Source of the DNA: an uncultured cyanobacterium
GTDB lineage: Bacteria; Cyanobacteriota; Cyanobacteriia; CAKZMO01
Reading direction: 5' to 3'
DNA: 64,000 nucleotides
Assembly (NCBI GenBank): GCA_963719515.1
Contig: CAVRCJ010000006.1
Span: 64,001-128,000 of the forward strand
Below are positions 9,678-20,252 of this stretch, piece by piece. Each line of letters begins with the position of its first letter. Within the stretch, counting starts at the first letter, position 1. Position numbers and translations under genes: made by a program. The notes beneath the pieces were generated by a model. The model did no database searches, was not told where the DNA came from, and worked only from the letters and a program-made list of their open reading frames with translations.

Positions 9678-10526
9678 ATGAGGTCCAACGTGAATCAACC
9701 GACCACCCCCCAAAACACCTCGCAGCTAGGGGCCTCAACTGCCTCTTCCTCGGCTCATTCAGACCTGGTCTCAGAGCTTCAGACGACTCGGCATCAGCTG
9801 AAATCAGTCAGTCAACAGAACCAACAGCTGATACAGCAAAATCAGCAGCTGCGCGTTGAGATTGAGCGCATCATGGCCAGCGCTCTAAATCTACACCATA
9901 TTGTCTATTCTGAGCAGCCCGCGGCCCCTCCCCCATCTTCCACGCCCAGCTCCAGTCCCGACAACGAGGGGGCCAAGCATAGTGCTCCTACAGTATCTGA
10001 GTCTCAGCGGCAGGCTGACGGCGACGCAGATGTCCCGGCCTTCGATGTCAGTACGCCTGACCCTATCGCGCCCAACGCCAGCGTTCCTAAGGCCGACGCG
10101 GCAGAGGCTCATGCGACAGAGGCCAGCGCGACCGATATGTTCGCTGAACTTGATCGCCTTCTTGCTGACGACTTGCTCCCCCCATCTGGCCTTCAGTCTG
10201 GCCTCCAGCCTGGCCCTCAACCTAGTCCTCAATTCGCTCCTCAGCCGGTATCTCGGGACGATGACGAAAGCCTAAAAGCGGCCCTCAGCCACGTTAATGC
10301 CCGTCCCCGCGCCAGTGCTGCGACAGGGCCTCCCAAACCGTCCTTGTTTAAGCCGCCTCATCTGCGCCAGACCGTAGCCGTTCCCCCGTCTCCTCCCACC
10401 GCAAAGGGCGCTCCTCGCAGGCCTAATCTCTGGTTAATTCTGGCGGTCGTGGCCGTGATGCTGAGCTGCTTTGGCGCAGGATTTTTGCTTACTCTGCCGC
10501 TACTGCAGCAGTCTTCGGATCGTTAG
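9678..10526 (+). CDS. Hypothetical protein: N-terminal coiled coil, Pro/Ser/Ala-rich linker, C-terminal TM helix
   Basis: 282-aa ORF filling the intergenic space; Gln-rich heptads and a hydrophobic C-terminus (WLILAVVAVMLSCFGAGFLL). Confidence 0.75.
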   Translation: MRSNVNQPTTPQNTSQLGASTASSSAHSDLVSELQTTRHQLKSVSQQNQQLIQQNQQLRVEIERIMASALNLHHIVYSEQPAAPPPSSTPSSSPDNEGAKHSAPTVSESQRQADGDADVPAFDVSTPDPIAPNASVPKADAAEAHATEASATDMFAELDRLLADDLLPPSGLQSGLQPGPQPSPQFAPQPVSRDDDESLKAALSHVNARPRASAATGPPKPSLFKPPHLRQTVAVPPSPPTAKGAPRRPNLWLILAVVAVMLSCFGAGFLLTLPLLQQSSDR

Positions 10527-10536
10527 ATGCTAGCGT

Positions 10537-10995
10537 CTAACCCCACCGCTCGCATTCCTGCTGCGTAATCTGGTGCCGGTAGCGAAACATATCTTCGAGC
10601 CGGGTCTTAATAAAATCCCCCATCATCCAGGCTGAAACGGGCTGCCCAGGCAGGACAAAGGCGATCGCATCGGTGAGGCGCGTCTTGCCGTCCTCCGCGT
10701 CAAACTGATGCCGATGCACCCAGCGCTCCAGCGGCCCATCAACCTGCTCATCAATAAACAGACGATGAGGATCGCAGGCGGTGTGACGCGCCAGCCAGCG
10801 CACCGGCAGGGGGCCGAGCCAAATTCTAAACTCAGTCTCAGCGCCGACTCCTAAGCCGCCTTCCCGCCGCTTGATCTCAACCGGCTGCCAAGGCGGCGTC
10901 AAAATCTCAAGGATGTCTGACCGCTCGTGGAATTGCCAGACGATATCAACTGGCGCATTGATGACAGTGGAGCGTTGAAAATGTAGCTGCATCAT
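10537..10995 (-). CDS. SRPBCC/cyclase-dehydrase fold protein
   Basis: INAPVDIVWQFHE, LTPPW and FIDEQVDGP..WVHRHQF motifs; start moved to the internal MMQLHF. Confidence 0.85.
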   Translation of the reverse strand: MMQLHFQRSTVINAPVDIVWQFHERSDILEILTPPWQPVEIKRREGGLGVGAETEFRIWLGPLPVRWLARHTACDPHRLFIDEQVDGPLERWVHRHQFDAEDGKTRLTDAIAFVLPGQPVSAWMMGDFIKTRLEDMFRYRHQITQQECERWG

Positions 10996-11181
10996 CGGGC
11001 AGGTAAACTCCAGTGAGGAATCGATCAGCGATCGCCAGACTGCTTTCATTCTAAAGGTACTGTCTAGATATGATTAGGGCCCCTGGGCTAGGAAGGATAA
11101 ATAAAGGCAGCCGGATTAGAGCGGTTAGATTAGACTTCAGGCATGATGGAGTTGAACAGACCTGGGATGAAGAGGTAGGGT

Positions 11182-12825
11182 ATGCCCAAGCGGATAGCAG
11201 CACGCTTTATTTGGCTAGCGGCAGGTGTGACAGCGGCGATCGCAGCCCCAATGATGACGCCGATGGTGACGCCAGTGATGGCGCTGCTTAACTCAGTGGG
11301 AGAGGCAGGTATCGACGCCCTGCGTCTCCACCAAGACCCGCTCAACATCACCGGGGCAAAGATTGCCATCGGTCAGGTTGAGATTGGCCGCCCCGCTCAA
11401 TATCGGCTCGATAAGCTTCCCCAGCAAAACCCAGTGGTGCGCGTAGACCGAGTCTTTAGGCAAGACGACTCCATTGGCGCGGGTGAGCTGGTCGACGGCC
11501 ACGCCACCAACGTCGCCAGCGTCATGATCAGCCAGGATAAGCAGCTGACCGGGGTCGCCCCCAATGCCAGACTCTACTCCTCAGCGGTGGGGGTACAGCG
11601 CGCCGGCGCTCAGCCGGAGGAATGCCTCGCGGCACAAACCGTCGCGCAGCAAAATGGCCAAGACGTGCGGGCCATCAACTTTAGCTTCGGTGAACCTCTC
11701 GCCAGCGACCCTCGACCGGAGGCCATGCTAGACGGCAACGCGCTACTGACCCAGTGCATCGACTGGTCTTCTAACGAGCATGGGGTGCTGTACGTAATTG
11801 CCGGAAACCAGGGCCGTGGGGGAATTCCCATCCCCACCGATCTGTTCAACGGGCTTACCGTCGCCAACTCAATTCAGGTTGACGGCAGGTTCACCAAAAT
11901 TGATTTTTCCAGCCTCAGCAGCGAACCGGAGATGATTGTCGGGCGACGGGAAGAGCTAGAGAGTAACGTCGGCCCCCGCCGCTCTGTGAGCTTGGTAGCG
12001 CCTGGCAGCAACTTGCGCATGGTTAACCCCGACGGCAGCACCATCCGCGCCACCGGCACCAGTTTTGCGGCCCCCCACGTCACCGCCACCGTGGCCCTAC
12101 TGCAGGAATACGGCGATCGCCAGCTGCAGCAAAGGCGATCCGACTGGAGCCTCGACTCTCGCAATCCCCAAGTCACCAAGGTCGTGATGCTCAACGCCGC
12201 CGATAAGCTCGAAGACGACGGCTCGGGGCAATATCTCGGCATGAGCCGCACGCTGCTCACCCACCGCAACCAAACCTGGCTCGATTCTGACGCCTATACG
12301 GACAATACCCGGCCCCTCAGCGCCGACTTGGGCACTGGCCACCTCAACGCCTACAGGGCCTATGAACAGTTTAGCGGCGGTCAGCACGGCCCAGAGGGTC
12401 CGGTACCGGCTCAAGGTTGGGACTACCGCAGCGTTGCTGACGATGGTGAAGGACCGACATACCGCGACTATGTGATCGAGGGGCCGCTGCAGGCGGGCAG
12501 CTTTGTGTCTATTACACTGGCTTGGAGCCGCAAGGTTACCCTCAATGACCTCGATGAGAGTGGTCAGTATGAGCCAGGGGAGTCTTTCGAGGACCACGGC
12601 CTCAACGACCTCAATTTATATCTTCTCCCTGAGGACGAAGACGACACCGACGACAGCGTTTGGCAGTCCGTCAGCGCTGTCGACAGCGTCGAGCATATTT
12701 TTCAGCAGATTCCGGAAACGGGGCGCTACAAGATTCGCGTGGAGTATGAAGACCAGGTCAATGACGCTGTGCAGCCTTATGGTTTGGCCTGGTGGGCCGT
12801 TTCGGAGCGAGGCGATACGCCGTAA
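11182..12825 (+). CDS. S8 (subtilisin-like) serine peptidase, probably secreted
   Basis: HATNVA His motif, IAGN oxyanion Asn, GTSFAAPHV catalytic Ser; Glu in the usual Asp position (IGQVEIG). Confidence 0.88.
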   Translation: MPKRIAARFIWLAAGVTAAIAAPMMTPMVTPVMALLNSVGEAGIDALRLHQDPLNITGAKIAIGQVEIGRPAQYRLDKLPQQNPVVRVDRVFRQDDSIGAGELVDGHATNVASVMISQDKQLTGVAPNARLYSSAVGVQRAGAQPEECLAAQTVAQQNGQDVRAINFSFGEPLASDPRPEAMLDGNALLTQCIDWSSNEHGVLYVIAGNQGRGGIPIPTDLFNGLTVANSIQVDGRFTKIDFSSLSSEPEMIVGRREELESNVGPRRSVSLVAPGSNLRMVNPDGSTIRATGTSFAAPHVTATVALLQEYGDRQLQQRRSDWSLDSRNPQVTKVVMLNAADKLEDDGSGQYLGMSRTLLTHRNQTWLDSDAYTDNTRPLSADLGTGHLNAYRAYEQFSGGQHGPEGPVPAQGWDYRSVADDGEGPTYRDYVIEGPLQAGSFVSITLAWSRKVTLNDLDESGQYEPGESFEDHGLNDLNLYLLPEDEDDTDDSVWQSVSAVDSVEHIFQQIPETGRYKIRVEYEDQVNDAVQPYGLAWWAVSERGDTP

Positions 12826-12939
12826 AGATCTCCGTCGCGAGACTCAAACGGAGTATGGGTTTATAAAAATAATGCAAAGAGTCGTCGGGTCACCCCCGAT
12901 CTGAACCTATGCTGGGCAAATACTAACTTTTGTATAGCT

Positions 12940-13353
12940 ATGTCTCGGCTGCCTGACGTTGCTAACCCCCACCGCAAGCTGTATCCCAGCGACCTCAGCG
13001 ATGCTGAGTGGGCGATACTCCGGCCTCTGCTACCAACGCCCAAGCAGATCGGTCACCCGGTGGAAGTTGACTTCCGAGAAATTCTCAACGGCGTTTTCTA
13101 CGTACAGCGCACGGGATGCCAGTGGGAGATGCTGCCCCACGACCTACCGCCTCACAGCACGGTTTACCTCTACTTTCAAAAGTGGCGGCGTAAAGGCGTA
13201 TGGCACGCCATCCACGACGCGGTGCGCGAACAGCTTCGCTTGATTGCACCGATGGAGGCTGATAGCCCATCAAACCTCAGTCAGTCCCAGGTGCGGATCG
13301 CTCTCCAGGCTGTGGCTAGGCGACTAAAGGGAATTAGTGAGATGTTTTCTTAG
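12940..13353 (+). pseudogene. Truncated IS5-family transposase (N-terminal DUF4096-type part only)
   Basis: YPSDLSDAEWAILRPLLP, REILNGVFYVQRTGCQWEMLPHDLPPHSTVY..F.KW. Similarity ends near 13240 and no DDE domain follows. Confidence 0.88.
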
Positions 13354-13397
13354 AGACCAATAGGCCTAGTCGCACAGCCACTCCCATAAGAAATTTC

Positions 13398-13457
13398 TAT
13401 TGTTAAGATTTACTTTACAAATCAGATTATTGTTAAGATTTACTTTATAAATCAGTT
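13398..13457. repeat. 30-bp tandem duplication, 2 copies
   Basis: TATTGTTAAGATTTACTTTACAAATCAGAT followed by TATTGTTAAGATTTACTTTATAAATCAGTT (2 mismatches). Confidence 0.95.
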
Positions 13458-13589
13458 TCTAGCTCTTACAGACTGTTAAAGACCGCCTAATTTCCTAAGG
13501 CAGTACTGCTCTACAGACCAGAGACCTTGTCTCTCGAAGCAAGGCAATTTGACAAAGCTCTTTTTATACGCAGCTCGCATCGATTATTT

Positions 13590-14678
13590 ATGGCACAGTT
13601 CCCCATTGGCATTGGTATCGTCGGGACCGGATTTGGACAGAAGATCCACATCCCTGGATTTCAGGCCCATCCTAAAACCCAGCTTATAGCGGTTTACCAC
13701 CGGGATTTGGATACCGCTAGGGCGATCGCCGCTGAACACGATATTCCGCAGGCCTACCGGACCGTAGATGAGCTTGCCAATGACCCAAAAGTTCATGCCG
13801 TCAGTATTTCCACACCGCCGTTCCTACATTATGAGATGGCCCGCACCGTCATCAACAGCGGCAAGCACCTGATGCTGGAAAAGCCCACTGCGCTGTCGCT
13901 GAAAGAGGCTGAAGATCTGCAGACTTTAGCGGAGGTAAAGGGCGTTGTGACTTGCTTAGATTTCGAGTTTCGCTACGTCCCCGCCTGGCAACGGCTAGCC
14001 GAGCTGCTAGAAGAGGGGTTTGTTGGCCGCCCTCGTTTAGTCAAAATCGACTGGCTCGTGCCGGGCCGCGCTAGCCCAGAGCGGGCCTGGAACTGGTACT
14101 CCCAAAAAGACCTAGGGGGCGGCGTCTTAGGGGCTGTGGGCTCCCATGCCCTCGACTACGTGACCTGGCTCTTTGGCCCGATCAAGCGCCTGTGCGCTCA
14201 GCTGAGCACAGGCGTGACCCAGCGGCCTGACCCCAAGACAGAAACCCTAAAACCCGTCGATAGCGACGATACCTGTCAGATGATGCTAGAGCTGGAGGAC
14301 GGCACCCCCGTTCACGCCGTGTTTAGCGCCGCTACCTACGGCGGTCGGGGACATTGGATAGAGATCTACGGCGATCGCGGTACGGTGATCTTGGGCAGCG
14401 ACAACCTCAAAGACTACGTTCACGGCTTTCGCCTGTGGGCAGGAGAAGCAGGGCAGCCCCTGCAAGAAATCGAGATTCCATCGCGGCTGCGGTTTGGCCA
14501 TGTCTATCCTGATGGGCGGTTGGCCCCCTTTATTCGGGTTGTCGATCACTGGATAAACGACATTGCCCAGGGCCGCAGCACTCCGCCATCTTTAGCGGAA
14601 GGGGTCTACGCTCAAAAGCTTATGGACTTGGTTCACCAGTCCAACCAAAGCCGAGTTTGGGTTGAGGTAGACCCCTAG
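13590..14678 (+). CDS. Gfo/Idh/MocA family oxidoreductase
   Basis: Rossmann IGIVGTGFG, STPPFLH, LEKP and GGGVLGAVGSH motifs; start taken at ATG 13590. Confidence 0.92.
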   Translation: MAQFPIGIGIVGTGFGQKIHIPGFQAHPKTQLIAVYHRDLDTARAIAAEHDIPQAYRTVDELANDPKVHAVSISTPPFLHYEMARTVINSGKHLMLEKPTALSLKEAEDLQTLAEVKGVVTCLDFEFRYVPAWQRLAELLEEGFVGRPRLVKIDWLVPGRASPERAWNWYSQKDLGGGVLGAVGSHALDYVTWLFGPIKRLCAQLSTGVTQRPDPKTETLKPVDSDDTCQMMLELEDGTPVHAVFSAATYGGRGHWIEIYGDRGTVILGSDNLKDYVHGFRLWAGEAGQPLQEIEIPSRLRFGHVYPDGRLAPFIRVVDHWINDIAQGRSTPPSLAEGVYAQKLMDLVHQSNQSRVWVEVDP

Positions 14679-14944
14679 CCTGAGCGGATGGGCCGCTAGG
14701 TCATTCATTCGTCGGGCTTAATTTAAGCTCAGCTTTTAGCGATTCGGCAGCTTGAAGTTACGTTAAATTGCCACAAAAGTCTTTGTGCGCTCTCGCGGCA
14801 GCTTAATATTTCTTACAGATTTCGTTTTATTAAGCCCACGAATGCGGTAGGGTTACCTGATATAGGCACAGCCGCTAAAAGAATCCGCCAGCGAGGTAGA
14901 CTCGACAGCGGTTGGCAGTGTCAGGTAGTTCACTAGCACAGGCA

Positions 14945-17110
14945 ATGACGATTCAAGTTTGGCCCGGCTCGGCGATTAAACTCGGTGCAACATGGGATGG
15001 TAAAGGCGTAAATTTTGCGCTGTTTTCTGAAAACGCGACCTGGGTTGAACTGTGCTTATTCAATGAAGCTGGTCAGGAGATGCGGATTCCGCTGCCTGAG
15101 GAGTACAATTTTGTCTGGCACGGCTACATCCCTGACCTTGAGCCTGGTCAGGAATATGGCTTTCGGGTCCATGGACCTCATGCGCCCAAAGATGGGCACC
15201 GCTTCAATCGCCACAAGCTTCTCATCGATCCTTATGCCAAGGCGCTGTCGGGAGATGTCCGCCACGGTGATCCCCTCTACGGCCATGATCCCGAACATCC
15301 CAAGGCCGATCTCTCCTTTTCAGATACCGACAGCGTCGACCTGATGCCTAAATGTGTCGTCGTAGATGAAACCTTTGACTGGGAAGGCGATCGCCTCCTG
15401 CGCCACCCTTGGGAAGAGACCATCATTTACGAGGTGCATGTCAAGGGCTTTACCCAGCAGCATCCCGACATTCCCTCCGAGCAGCAGGGCACCTATGCGG
15501 GTCTGGCCCACCCCGCCGCCATCAAACACCTGACAGATTTAGGTGTCACCGCCGTCGAGCTGCTGCCGGTGCATCATTTTCATACCTACCCCGGTCACCT
15601 AGCGGAAGCGGGGCTGCGCAACTATTGGGGCTACGACTCCCTTAATTTCTTTGCCCCCTACGACGGCTACAGCGCTGACCGCACCCCGGGCGGTCAGGTG
15701 CAGGAGTTCAAGCAGATGGTGAAGGCGCTTCACGCCGCCGGAATCGAGGTAATTTTGGACGTAGTGTATAACCACACGGGGGAGGGCAGTCACCTGGGGC
15801 CGACTCTGACGCTCAAGGGCATCGACAACGCCACCTACTACCGACTGGTGGAAGACGATCCGCGCTACTACATGGACTTTACCGGCTGCGGCAACTCCCT
15901 CAACGTCCGCCATCCCCAGGTGCTGAAGCTGATTATGGACAGCCTGCGCTACTGGGTGCTGCACATGCATGTAGACGGCTTCCGGTTTGACCTGGCGTCA
16001 GCTCTGGCCCGCGAGCTGTTTGAAGTGGATAGTCTGGCCGCCTTCTTCGACATCATCCATCAAGATCCGGTGCTCTCCACCGTCAAGCTAATCGCCGAGC
16101 CCTGGGATCTGGGGGATGGTGGCTATCAGGTGGGGCGCTTCCCGCTGCTGTGGTCCGAGTGGAACGGCAAGTACCGCGACACCATCCGCGACTTTTGGCG
16201 CGGCGAAGGGGCTACCCTGGCGGAGTTCGCCTATCGGTTTACGGGCAGCTCTGACCTCTATGCGGGTAACGGACGCCGCCCCCACGCCAGCATCAACTTC
16301 ATCACGGCCCACGATGGCTTTCCCCTGCGGGACCTGGTGAGCTACAACGAAAAGCACAATGAAGCCAACCACGAAGGTAACCGAGATGGGGAGAGCCATA
16401 ACAGCTCTTGGAACTGCGGGGCCGAAGGGGAAACCGACGACCCCAAGATCTTGGCCCTGCGGCTACAGCAGCAGCGAAATTTCCTGGTGACCCTGATGCT
16501 CTCCCAGGGCGTACCCATGATGCTGGGGGGTGACGAGATTGGCCGCAGCCAAGGGGGGAACAACAACTGCTATTGCCAAGACAGCCCGCTCTCTTGGTTC
16601 GACTGGAATCTGGCCCAAGGCAACCAAGACCTGCTCACCTTCACCCAGGAACTCATCAGCCTGAGACAGCAGCACCCCGTCTTTCGCCGCCGTCACTGGT
16701 TCCAGGGCCGAGCTATTCACGGGTCAAGCGTGGAGGATATCGGCTGGTTTAACCCAGACGGTAGCGACATGGACGAAGACCAGTGGCGCGACTACTCCCT
16801 AAACTCCATCATGATTTTTCTCAATGGGGGCCAAATTCCGTCCCGGACCAAGGACGGTCAGCCCATCCAAGACGACAGCTTTCTGCTGCTGTTCAACGAT
16901 TTCTATGAGCCGGTGGAGTTTGAGTTCCCCGAGCGGCTGCTGCCGCTGTGCTGGCAGACCATCATCGACACCACCGAACCCCAGTTCTTGATTGCGGGCA
17001 GCTGCTACGACGGCGATCGCCCCATCGAGATTAAAGCGCGATCGCTCCAGGTGCTGCAGTGCCCCCAATCGCTGCCGTCTGGGTTGAACCAGGGCGATAC
17101 ACAACGTTAG
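14945..17110 (+). CDS. glgX: Glycogen debranching enzyme GlgX
   Basis: GH13 motifs ILDVVYNHT, DGFRFDLA, LIAEPWD and FITAHDGF. Confidence 0.97.
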   Translation: MTIQVWPGSAIKLGATWDGKGVNFALFSENATWVELCLFNEAGQEMRIPLPEEYNFVWHGYIPDLEPGQEYGFRVHGPHAPKDGHRFNRHKLLIDPYAKALSGDVRHGDPLYGHDPEHPKADLSFSDTDSVDLMPKCVVVDETFDWEGDRLLRHPWEETIIYEVHVKGFTQQHPDIPSEQQGTYAGLAHPAAIKHLTDLGVTAVELLPVHHFHTYPGHLAEAGLRNYWGYDSLNFFAPYDGYSADRTPGGQVQEFKQMVKALHAAGIEVILDVVYNHTGEGSHLGPTLTLKGIDNATYYRLVEDDPRYYMDFTGCGNSLNVRHPQVLKLIMDSLRYWVLHMHVDGFRFDLASALARELFEVDSLAAFFDIIHQDPVLSTVKLIAEPWDLGDGGYQVGRFPLLWSEWNGKYRDTIRDFWRGEGATLAEFAYRFTGSSDLYAGNGRRPHASINFITAHDGFPLRDLVSYNEKHNEANHEGNRDGESHNSSWNCGAEGETDDPKILALRLQQQRNFLVTLMLSQGVPMMLGGDEIGRSQGGNNNCYCQDSPLSWFDWNLAQGNQDLLTFTQELISLRQQHPVFRRRHWFQGRAIHGSSVEDIGWFNPDGSDMDEDQWRDYSLNSIMIFLNGGQIPSRTKDGQPIQDDSFLLLFNDFYEPVEFEFPERLLPLCWQTIIDTTEPQFLIAGSCYDGDRPIEIKARSLQVLQCPQSLPSGLNQGDTQR

Positions 17111-17308
17111 CTTTTGTAATAAGGCTACACAATAGCCCAAATCCCTTCACGGTTGGGCGATCGCTCCTCTCTCGCACCCTAAGCGCATCTCCAAAGAGCG
17201 GGTTGCCGTGGAACATCCTGTACCCATTGGTGTAATATCTATGGCCTTACCGAATTTCAACATTCCGTAGGGGCTCGGTACCCCCAGGCCCTCATCCGTG
17301 CCCCCTAA

Positions 17309-18305
<997 letters not shown>

Positions 18306-18307
<2 letters not shown>

Positions 18308-18329
18308 AAAACCCAGCCTGGGCTGGGTT
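18306..18329 (-). terminator. Rho-independent terminator hairpin with its U-tract on the minus strand; may act in both directions
   Basis: AACCCAGC-CTGG-GCTGGGTT hairpin preceded by an A-run. Confidence 0.65.
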
Positions 18330-18693
18330 GGTGAGAGATACGCTGTCAAGATACCAAGGAAAGCTAGCAACACTGGAGTCGCTGCTCAGCAGCTGTCACA
18401 TACGTGAGCCCACAGATAAGGAGGGCGGATAATCATATTGGGTTACATATAAGCGGGCTAGACATGCTGTTTCACTCAGCCCACTTATAAAGTAGCTTTC
18501 CCGCCTTTAAGCGAGAATAAATCCCATATGAAGTTTGGACAAAGATCTTTTGCCCCAAATCATTTCGTTTACCGCGGCACTCAGGGCTGCGGCACTGGCG
18601 TAATGCAAGCCTATAGCTGCATGTATAAAATAATGTACCCCATACGTATAAAATCGTACACCTGTCTAAAGAAAGATACACATCACAGCAGAC

Positions 18694-19608
18694 ATGTTGC
18701 CCTGCAATCGTCCTGATCCGCTACGCAAAGGCGATCGCCTCTACGTAGTCGCCCCCAGCGGTGTGCTGCAGGAGCGACGGGCCTTTGAGCAGGGTGTCGA
18801 CCTGTGGCGCTCTCAGGGCTACGAGGTTAAGCTTTCTCCAGGCTACGAGCGAGGCTGGGGCTATCTAGCCGGTAGCGATCGCCACCGACGCAGCCAGCTA
18901 CAGCAGGCAATATCCGATCCCAGCTGTCGCGGCATTCTCTGCGCGCGGGGAGGCTACGGGGGAACGCGGCTGTTGGAGGACTGGCGTTGGACCACAGAGC
19001 AGCCCTTACAACGCCCTTGGCTAATCGGCTTCTCAGATATCACAAGCTTGCTGTGGAGCTTGGCTTGTCAAGGGGAATACGGCGGAGGAGCAGGGCTACA
19101 TGGCCCCCTGCTCACCACCCTGGCGCAAGAGCCTGACTGGTCTATGCAGCGTTTATTTGACTGGGTGGCGGGGCGTCCGGTGTCCCCTTTAGAGGGGGAA
19201 GGCTGGGGGGGAGGGGTCATGCAGGGGCCACTGCTGCCTGCCAATTTGACGGTAGCAACCTACCTCCTCAGCACCCCCCATCAGCCTGACCTTACTGGGG
19301 CGATCCTCGCGTTAGAAGATATTGCAGAAGCCCCCTACCGGCTCGACCGCATGCTCACCTACTGGCGGATGACCGGTGCCTTGCAAGAAGTAGGAGGAAT
19401 TGCCTTGGGGCGCTTCAGCCGCTGCGATCCGCCTGGAGAGCGGCCCAGCCTCACGGTGGACGAGGTGCTGCGCGATCGCCTGGGAGATTTGGGCATTCCG
19501 ATAGTGTCAGGGCTGCCTTTTGGCCATGATGGGGCCAACGCAGCCCTACCCGTCGGGGTACAGGCCCGTCTCGACGGCGATCGCGGTGTGCTAGAAGTGC
19601 TGGCCTAG
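18694..19608 (+). CDS. LD-carboxypeptidase (peptidase S66)
   Basis: RGGYG, GFSDIT, LEDIAE and FGH motifs. Confidence 0.93.
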   Translation: MLPCNRPDPLRKGDRLYVVAPSGVLQERRAFEQGVDLWRSQGYEVKLSPGYERGWGYLAGSDRHRRSQLQQAISDPSCRGILCARGGYGGTRLLEDWRWTTEQPLQRPWLIGFSDITSLLWSLACQGEYGGGAGLHGPLLTTLAQEPDWSMQRLFDWVAGRPVSPLEGEGWGGGVMQGPLLPANLTVATYLLSTPHQPDLTGAILALEDIAEAPYRLDRMLTYWRMTGALQEVGGIALGRFSRCDPPGERPSLTVDEVLRDRLGDLGIPIVSGLPFGHDGANAALPVGVQARLDGDRGVLEVLA

Positions 19609-19686
19609 CTAAGACCGGGCGATCGCATTCCCAACGCATGATTCAATAGGAGAAACCGCTTAACGACCGCCTTATTAGAATTCCTT

Positions 19687-20244
19687 ATGACCACCGGACA
19701 AGAGCCCGCAGAACTCCTTCAAAATCGCCTTTTTTACCAAGGCCGAAAGTTTAATTACGAAGTCAATCGACTGCGATTGCCCAACGGTGTAGAAGGAGAA
19801 TGGGAATGTATTCGCCATCCCGGCGGCGCTGTTGCGGTACCTCTCACCGCCGACGGTCAACTTGTGCTCGTGCGCCAGTATCGCTTCGCTGTCCAAGGGC
19901 GGTTGCTAGAGTTTCCCGCCGGGACAGTGGAAGTAGGCGAGACACCCGCCACCACAGTGAAGCGAGAAATTCAAGAAGAGACAGGATACCGCGCCCATAG
20001 GTGGCAGCCTCTAGGACAGTTCTATCTCGCACCGGGATATTCTGACGAGATTATCTATGCCTTTCTCGCCCAGGATTTGGAAAAGCTGAAGGTTCCGCCT
20101 GCCGGCGATGACGACGAAGATATTGAAGTGGTTCACATGACGCCTCGGGCCCTAGAGGACGCTATTCGCGAGGGTATCCCCGTGGACGCTAAATCAATCG
20201 CTTGCCTGATGATGGTCCGGAGCCTTTTAGACTCCGATCTATGA
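19687..20244 (+). CDS. NUDIX hydrolase (ADP-ribose pyrophosphatase-like)
   Basis: Nudix box EFPAGTVEVGETPATTVKREIQEETGY. Confidence 0.93.
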   Translation: MTTGQEPAELLQNRLFYQGRKFNYEVNRLRLPNGVEGEWECIRHPGGAVAVPLTADGQLVLVRQYRFAVQGRLLEFPAGTVEVGETPATTVKREIQEETGYRAHRWQPLGQFYLAPGYSDEIIYAFLAQDLEKLKVPPAGDDDEDIEVVHMTPRALEDAIREGIPVDAKSIACLMMVRSLLDSDL

Positions 20245-20252
20245 CGTAAGCT

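Noticed and set aside
13398..13457. 30-bp repeats as a mini CRISPR array
   Set aside because: The two copies are directly adjacent with no spacer, and no cas genes are present.
18472..18681. Possible psaM-like small gene next to por
   Set aside because: The ending LLYK is only superficially similar and the hydrophobic PsaM helix is missing.
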